DNA of 64,000 nt. Origin: a virus (Duplodnaviria > Caudoviricetes). Numbering within the stretch: position 1 is the stretch's first letter; each line of letters opens with the position of its first letter. The translations under genes and the position numbers were made by a program. This document shows, one piece after another, positions 61,001 through 64,000 of this stretch. The notes under the pieces were generated by a model, which was given only the letters and a program-made list of their open reading frames with translations, searched no databases and was not told where the DNA came from. The DNA is taken from IMG/VR virus record IMGVR_UViG_3300005512_002353; one strand, given 5' to 3'.

Positions 61001-62419
61001 CCAGATCCAGACAAAGTAAAATACTTTGGCACACAACCATTGACAGAAGATGACTACTTACACGTTGCTATCTTTGGTTACGATGGTGATGATTCAACAG
61101 TTCCAGGATATATTACACACGACGAATCCTTAGTTCATACTTCAAGTCATCCAACATCACAGATCATCTATGCTGACGGAACATCAACTGACTATGAACT
61201 AGAAAATGATATTCAGGGACATAACGCATTTACAGCAGTAGTAGAAGTAGACGGCAAACGTTTAACACCTGCAGAAGGCATTGAATACACAGCAGACGGT
61301 TCGAGTGAAGGCCCATTCTACTTAAATGTAAGGAACTGGAAAACAACAGAAGATCTGTTCCAAACATTAATTGCTGACAATGAGGTCCATGTGTTTGTTG
61401 GTTATACTAAACTTAAACTATATGAAGACTACACAGTATCAGCAGTAGACGGAAGTTCCGTTAGATATGTTGTATTAAATGAAGCACCAGCGGCTGGAAC
61501 TGCGATTAAGATCTTTGTTGAAACAGCGGCCGACTACAAGATATCATTCAGTGGCGAACCAGAGTCATGGCGCAATAGATTAATATTCAATACCGCTCCT
61601 ATCAATGGGGCAAGGGTATTAGTCACAACAGACAACAATACAAGTGAACTTGATCTATTGAATAAATGCTTCAATGGCCCGACAGCAATTGGACAAACAT
61701 CGTCAATTGGTTATGATCAACTTGGGTTTGATTCAGACACGTTTGATGAAACAACAGGTTCAGTTGTTGATCTTGCACAATATGATCTAGATAGAACAAT
61801 CACACGTCCTGATAGACTGCGTGTAACAGTTAACGGTCTACGCAAATATCTTGGTCGTGACTGGAGAATAAACGCCGACGGTCAAACACTAGAGTTCCTG
61901 TCAACAACAATCAGTGATAATGACATAGTTGTGGTAACTCTACAGACTGAGAAACAGGTTCCAGATACATTAGACTTCTCAATCTTTAAAGACATGAGAG
62001 ATAACAATGCTATCTATAGAATCAACAATGACTATAGAACAACATTGACACAGGCATTGGCCGCAGATGATGACACAATTTATGTGTTAGACGCAAGTAA
62101 ATTGTCAGAACCAGACTTAGCAAACAATGTATTTGGTCAGGTCATAATCGATGGCGAGCGTATAACTTACCGTGAGCGTGATGTGACTAATAACACACTA
62201 AGCGGACTACGCAGAGGTGTTGCAGGAACAGGTGCAGATAGCCATGCAGTTACAGCAACAGTATATGATCATTCTGCAGGAACATATTTAGATTACTCAT
62301 ACAGCAAAACAATGTATGAACTACCTACAGTAGATGATGGATCAACTGTAAGAACCGGTAAGAGTTTACAGGATGCAAACACAGTTCCTGCTAAGTTCTT
62401 AAGGGGTGAAAATTCATAG
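49025..62419 (+). CDS. Giant baseplate wedge / structural protein (gp7-like position), 4464 aa
   Basis: Single uninterrupted ORF after gp6; EVKPYH motif, FG-x-(A/S)-V propeller repeats, CBM5/12-like motifs, C-terminal LSGLRRGVAGT. Confidence 0.85.
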   Translation: MATTRIRSVDLLPEIFRTETNKKFLASTLDQMIQPSRLQRVEGYVGRGYGLGVNPADNYVLEPNKERTDYQLEPAITYKVANTDKTRDLITYPELLDAIQVHGGDVSRHDRLFSSEFYSWDPFVDYDKFVNFGQYYWLSSGPDPVDVQATEIATSDSYAVTRLDDGYNLEGQAGDNPTITLVRGGNYTFEVEQTGNPFWIQASPGTDGTLTQTPNISARTILGVTNNGEDNGTVTFNVPDSTAQNFYYNLNDLGDVDLATDLKFDQINNRYVDEFLADTDGIDQIRDLDGRTLIFLSRNTETDPELSGWRITDQFDNANFDTTNYAQETAISTSAQRYSVWRIEYVAGPDGRNYIKLNSTLSVPQNSKVEIQYGSVNSSRTFWKNAEGFFEEQPLLTATMDQLWYQDGNDATKFGVIKIVDQADQLTLDVEDDIVGKTGYTSPNGVAFTNGLKVKFRGTTEPADYQDKEYYVEGVGTAIKLLAVADFKTPEEFTNSETLPFDSTAYDASPWDESLNAPKDADYYTINRASLDKNAWTRSNRWFHVDVINKTAEYNNSVAILDQNLRAKRPVVEFKAGLRLYNYGTLGKEEIDIIDLNQTDALSNVNGKVGYSTNGYALVDGSRVIFANDLDPEVRNKIYQVELIDEDGVSSTDKIINLTVASDGVVATDDVVYLSSGATLQGKTYRYNGTSWVEAQQKTTVNQAPLFDIFDVNGRSLGDNTYYPSTNFKGTKLFSYAEGSGAVDPILNQRLKYLNIDNVGDIVFDNNLEKDTFTYTVDSTSTTKSINFGFVHNYSSRTAYDQEIGWKKHNNKSIQYQALTFTWAGVDLVCDVPAKTSVENPVIVYVNNVYQEPSRYSYTVSSTQTTVTFATNYIPKTGDNIVIQIQSDVASSAGFYEVPDNLANNSPNGSFNDITLGTIRNHYIDLAQHITKLSGQVLGKNNIRDLGDVVPYGNKIVQQGSPLQLAATFTRDSNINFFEALNYASREYEKYKWKLIESYSKNDFQGTIRDQLDQAIQYVNEGKENSMPFYWSDTIPCGDVYTETKYTVTAIDDAIFDLTQTYDFTKANYRGLLVYLNDVQLLKDTDYTVPANAARINISATLNTGDVLVIREYETTAGSYLPATPTTLGMYGRWDPEIVTDNTYIEPQTVVIGHDGSRTVGFGDTRDDLLLEFEKRIYNNIKVSKDDELPLKYEDVAPGKFRTTDYTQTEITEILGTDFLSWVAWNRLDYKAQTYDANDQKTWNYSSAEDTVDGELLLGHWRGIFNEFYDTDTPHTHPWEMIGFTEKPEWWNTKYGPAPYTSGNEVLWDDFEAGRVWDGVDTYTVDTRYKRPGLTSVIPVDDEGNLRTAFDTMTGKYDSLSLKKSWVVGDHGPVETVWRRSSSWAFSVMRLLALTKPAEFFALYADRDLYKRNTALDQIVWNGRSRIRAEDITIYGASTPKHSYINWSVDYARKQGIDTNTEIKQVLENMDVQLVYRMASYSDKEYLKVFTEKTSPNSNNTSLLLPDESYEIFLHNNEVFDTAEYSSVIIQKTDDGWAVYGNSKLNPYFEIFTSIPNGNYKTVQVGSESVRVSSDFETTTSKVPYGYVFTNRSTMCDFLISYGRALEAKGMVFDDTDNNYLLDWTQMIREFLYWSQQGWTTGSLININPNANKLYLERSQAVVAPIIGQTADDFILNQNLRAISNSDLVFNRQENQFEVKTTNENAISYARMKMTSYEHVLVFDNKSIFNDLIYDPITGSRQNRLKLVGYNTGDWNGNIEAQGFIFNFDNVVEWSGVNRYSKGDIVLYKNVYYTAGESVPPSDKFDYSKWLETEYDRIKKGLLPNLSLKADQLRDYYDHNIANLEADADQLGFHLVGFTERDYLANMGLSDISQVRVYENFIGNKGTRRAVDLFKSARLPKELATYNVSENWAVKQGTYGASANRSFYELRLDETKMSSNPSTIALSASEQLDVDQTVVLSDIYKQSYKIASANVLPTTDYVSSENNLPTAGYVNTDDVDIQTWNLDNLGLIAPFLETLGEGTTIWVAKDNTYDWNIYRASIVEPNLLTVTDNLDGTSTLAFRDSHGLAKNDIIVVRFFDAAINFAYRVQSVPALHKVVINQSLPTDITFIESSGIVFKLNSVRVAQPSDVANLPFVNELDPGNRVWVNDNGYDGWQVLEKTNPFTKENSFEPYGVTENSLTDETLVNTNFGASVAQNAENLTALVGADNYDSGTGAVFTFVETANNEFAQNSILTGGTITNLEGYGNDIAMADETWAVVGASESNNGEGYVMILKQENTNLITEHQLIVNPSDANDEAAFGHAVAISDDGRWMYASAPGKDSVYAFQRVDRQLQRFTTTGNGSTTQYDLSDFILADEPDQIAVVVNNVELAANAYTFTSSVSSTGILTLDTAAEDGKSIAVTRKESVNLEGDGSTTEFDISGLYTADGEYSITVFVNGVLQRLNIDYDFAYDSSDTFAFATAPADGATIVVRSSDYFEYVSTIVGTKGEDFGYSIATTTDGRQVLVGARQANGQGKVYVYDRDVERFVVTDDTDKTYQTDKSPLGRATVSINGEYISDSSRYFGGAYTISGSTVTLATAPNIGDFVEVETNNFLLLDTIEKIDSFADAEFGYDVTICPTNCSVYASAPSDGLVGPYQGSVQRSVNQSRLYGTITGTTTNPTVTQGDKIRINNVVVEFTGTTLDQVVTDINNAIIPNVTASKTNNKLTISLTNINAGEIANKLYVYPAGDSADALDDLGLEIFKNVQTITSPEPVNNAYFGQSLSVSSDALTLVVGSPRGVSKLPTTFDSGTTEFDGNATEFKQIRVQSGSVYTFDYLGSAPETITNPGKFAFGQQIADISVGELSEFGHAVDYRSGSVIVTSPGHEANDNSSVVGRIAIWNNLDRAFAWKVIREEASVVDIEKINAGFIYDRLDKEIKTTLDHFDPLQGKILGAVRQNIDIITATDPAQYNQGAVKNSGQTWGKEHVGKIWWDIENIRFINYYQGDPEYRAKRWGQVFPGSTAELYEWTESSQPPANYAGAGTVLSQTSYSVRTNVAPNGTIETKYYFWVKDNPALAKGKTLSSATMKAYIEDPKSSGIAYFAPLSGSTVALYNTASYLSARDRIMHIEFDKVKTDNNVHVEYELIKTNDPTEFLSTQLYKKFVDSYAGSDSIGNKVPDPFLSEADAYGVEFRPRQSMFEDRFKALKNYITRANAVFVDHPITEMRTLEILSSEEQLPAAGNGAWDKKLNTYDELTYQDLRLVATGYKYLVVNDSTNGNLWTIYEVQADDSLLLTRVQNYKTSNYWSYVDWYATGYSNLDKPKEEVATYSRLATVESKVSTSDIVKVTANADGKFELYERTTTGWDRIGLEDGTIAIDSSIYDYSLGRNGFDVEVFDAQYFDAEPVLETRQIIKSINDEILIDDLADHRIDLINLTFEYIKSEQTAVNWLMKTSLVDIQHTLRDLIPYDILQTDNQEFVEKYIEEVKPYHVQIKEFTLKYNGDELFQGDATDFDLPAQYDAVEETFISPRLSSDGAVGSYLGNSAIWLSGPYTSWYNNYSLSIDSVTITEGGSGYLTAPAVTVTGTATTTAVLKARLNTAGEVVEIEVVNAGEGYTEPPTITISGGSGSGATAVAITSPGAVRSYKTTIKYDRYEYQSEIVDWTAGTTYDAGDLVRYNNKVYRAKNEDDSTLVVSGATFDPDDFEVVTADELTGVNRTRGFYAPAINEPGIDLGLLINGIDYPGVQVEGPTYSQNTGFDVGNYDINPWDNLDFGDEGRPSYSETILDTKYAPGDYTDTYLGTLATDINVDGGAYIDTYSSHSPEELVPSSIFDTLNIKVFTRPGFDYDGDGHGAPYKSEMFEYAGTETTFSFANLIENPFAVRAFNVTTGLTLRFEYVDPAVNTVDYTVDWKNKTITFNGNGISVGDVLRIESYGIGGGDQLWVDNYNVADYLIDDSSEGLYIDVPVKFEEIYEAMIKCNGSRITNYTFSSIDDYTTRITFGTQDMDGDGNPDPDKVKYFGTQPLTEDDYLHVAIFGYDGDDSTVPGYITHDESLVHTSSHPTSQIIYADGTSTDYELENDIQGHNAFTAVVEVDGKRLTPAEGIEYTADGSSEGPFYLNVRNWKTTEDLFQTLIADNEVHVFVGYTKLKLYEDYTVSAVDGSSVRYVVLNEAPAAGTAIKIFVETAADYKISFSGEPESWRNRLIFNTAPINGARVLVTTDNNTSELDLLNKCFNGPTAIGQTSSIGYDQLGFDSDTFDETTGSVVDLAQYDLDRTITRPDRLRVTVNGLRKYLGRDWRINADGQTLEFLSTTISDNDIVVVTLQTEKQVPDTLDFSIFKDMRDNNAIYRINNDYRTTLTQALAADDDTIYVLDASKLSEPDLANNVFGQVIIDGERITYRERDVTNNTLSGLRRGVAGTGADSHAVTATVYDHSAGTYLDYSYSKTMYELPTVDDGSTVRTGKSLQDANTVPAKFLRGENS

Positions 62420-62433
62420 TGGATAAATATAGT

Positions 62434-63084
62434 ATGGAACAAACACAAGAAACTAAAATGACAGACGAAAATAAACGACCAGACGAAAACAGTGGTATCC
62501 TCATCCAAGGACACTTAAAGATATTTGATCCTAACTCTAAAGAAGTTATGGTAGACAAGCGTAATGCTATCCACTATGAAAACTTTTCTAATAGCCTAGC
62601 ACAGTCAATGGCTAACAAGGACAAAGGATACATTTATCAAATGGCATTTGGCAATGGCGGATCAAGTGTAGACACTACCGGTGTTATCACATATCTACCA
62701 CCAAACGTTACAGGACAAAATGCTGACTTGTATAATCAAACTTATCAAAAAGTTGTTGACGATACATCATCAGCAAACACTGATTCAACTAGAAACAAGT
62801 TAACAGTGCTACACACTTCTGGTAAAGTTTACACAGACATTTTAGTAAGTTGCTTACTAGACTATGGCGAGCCTAGCGGACAGCAGGCTTTTGATAATTC
62901 AACAAACCTAGATGGCGATTATGTGTTTGATGAATTAGGATTAAAAACATGGCAAGGATCAACATCAGACCTTGACTTGGTAACACACGTGGTATTCCAC
63001 CCTGTTCAGAAGTCATTGAACAGACAGATTCAGATAGATTATACGGTGAGAATACAAACATTGACCAATTTGAGCACCACTTAA
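62434..63084 (+). CDS. Baseplate structural protein
   Basis: GHLKI, MAFGNGG, FDELGL, THVVFHPVQKSLNR.I.I.YT; late promoter at 62423-62429 favours ATG 62434. Confidence 0.7.
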   Translation: MEQTQETKMTDENKRPDENSGILIQGHLKIFDPNSKEVMVDKRNAIHYENFSNSLAQSMANKDKGYIYQMAFGNGGSSVDTTGVITYLPPNVTGQNADLYNQTYQKVVDDTSSANTDSTRNKLTVLHTSGKVYTDILVSCLLDYGEPSGQQAFDNSTNLDGDYVFDELGLKTWQGSTSDLDLVTHVVFHPVQKSLNRQIQIDYTVRIQTLTNLSTT

Positions 63085-63141
63085 ATGTGCTTAGTTAATA
63101 GGTCTGATAAATAATACAATAAGGATACGGAGTAATAAGAG

Positions 63142-64000
63142 ATGGCTTATACAATTAATTTAACAGATGGAACGATCTTTGCCACAGTCGCAGACGGAAC
63201 CATCAACACTGATAGTTCGCTTACGCTAGTAGGTAAGAACTACGCTGGTTACGGCGAGTTCTTAAACGAAAACGTGGTGAAACTACTTGAAAGCGGTGCT
63301 AATACAACTGCACCTAGCGACCCACTAACAGGCCAATTATGGTTTGATAAAACAGCAGGGGTCTTAAAAGTTTATAACGGAACAACATTTAAAAACTTAG
63401 GTTCTGCTACAAGTTCGACTAGTGCACCAACATCAGTTGTGGCAGGTGACTTATGGTTTGACTCAACTAACGCACAGTTAAAAGTGTATGATGGTAGTTC
63501 TTTCATTACAGTAGGTCCATCATTTACAGCAGGCACAGGCACATCAGGTGCTATTGTTGACACTGTAGAAGATAACGTAGCAGTTGACCACGTTGTTGTT
63601 AAATTGTTTGTTGAGGATGATATTGTAGCAACAGTATCTAAAGACGCAACATTTACACCAGGAGCGGCCATCACTGGTTTTGCAACAATTGGCCCAGGTG
63701 TTCAATTAAGCACATCAGTTTCGAATGCTGTTTTTAAAGGCTCAGCTACAAACGCACAATTATTAGATAACTTAGATTCAACAGACTTCCTAAGTGCTAT
63801 CGCAAACGATACAACATCAGGCACACTAGGCGTATTAAATGATACAGGTCTTTCAGTTGGTGTAGACAGTGACTTCAGAGTAAGCGTATCCGGCACTGAT
63901 ATCTCTATTGCAAACCAAACACAAGACGGTGACATCTCAATCAAGGTCAATGACGGTGGGTCAACAACAACTGTTGTTAACTTTGACGGTGCTACATCAG
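63142..64000 (+). CDS. Partial tail-fibre/baseplate protein (runs off window end)
   Basis: Late promoter 63107-63113 and GGAG SD; MAYTINLTDGT...SLTLVGKNYAGYGEFLNEN...GQLWFD. Confidence 0.75.
   Translation, partial: MAYTINLTDGTIFATVADGTINTDSSLTLVGKNYAGYGEFLNENVVKLLESGANTTAPSDPLTGQLWFDKTAGVLKVYNGTTFKNLGSATSSTSAPTSVVAGDLWFDSTNAQLKVYDGSSFITVGPSFTAGTGTSGAIVDTVEDNVAVDHVVVKLFVEDDIVATVSKDATFTPGAAITGFATIGPGVQLSTSVSNAVFKGSATNAQLLDNLDSTDFLSAIANDTTSGTLGVLNDTGLSVGVDSDFRVSVSGTDISIANQTQDGDISIKVNDGGSTTTVVNFDGATS

Noticed and set aside
1-64000. Stop-codon reassignment
   Set aside because: Core genes are full length under the standard code, and TAG, TGA and TAA all end genes.

Overview
This 64-kb window is the virion-morphogenesis region of a large T4-related (Rak2/GAP32-like) contractile-tailed dsDNA phage using the standard genetic code. 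In order it holds a partial terminase-small-subunit-like gene, gp4-like head-completion nuclease, two tail-tube-like genes and a tail sheath. Next come a sigma70-driven dNMP kinase/exonuclease island, neck and tail-terminator genes (gp13/14/15) and a cluster of fibre genes. The head block follows (gp23-gp22-gp21-acidic core-gp20), then a tape-measure-like gene, gp26/gp51, sulfotransferase and SGNH genes, GIY-YIG-gp46-gp47-gp55, and the baseplate block (gp53/27/5/25/6 and a 4464-aa wedge protein). Product names come from motif and synteny recognition, not database searches. The strongest unexplained signals are: (1) a ~420-nt non-coding stretch (33592-34010) dense in hairpins with minus-strand G-U pairs and a GNRA loop, a candidate large structured ncRNA at the end of the gp55-47-46-GIY-YIG operon; (2) a slippery heptamer predicting a -1 frameshift that fuses the gp26-like ORF to an unannotated gp51-like ORF; (3) a recurring TAAATA-N5-ATG layout implying leaderless late mRNAs; (4) several structured late 5' leaders, including a hairpin whose loop is the late promoter.
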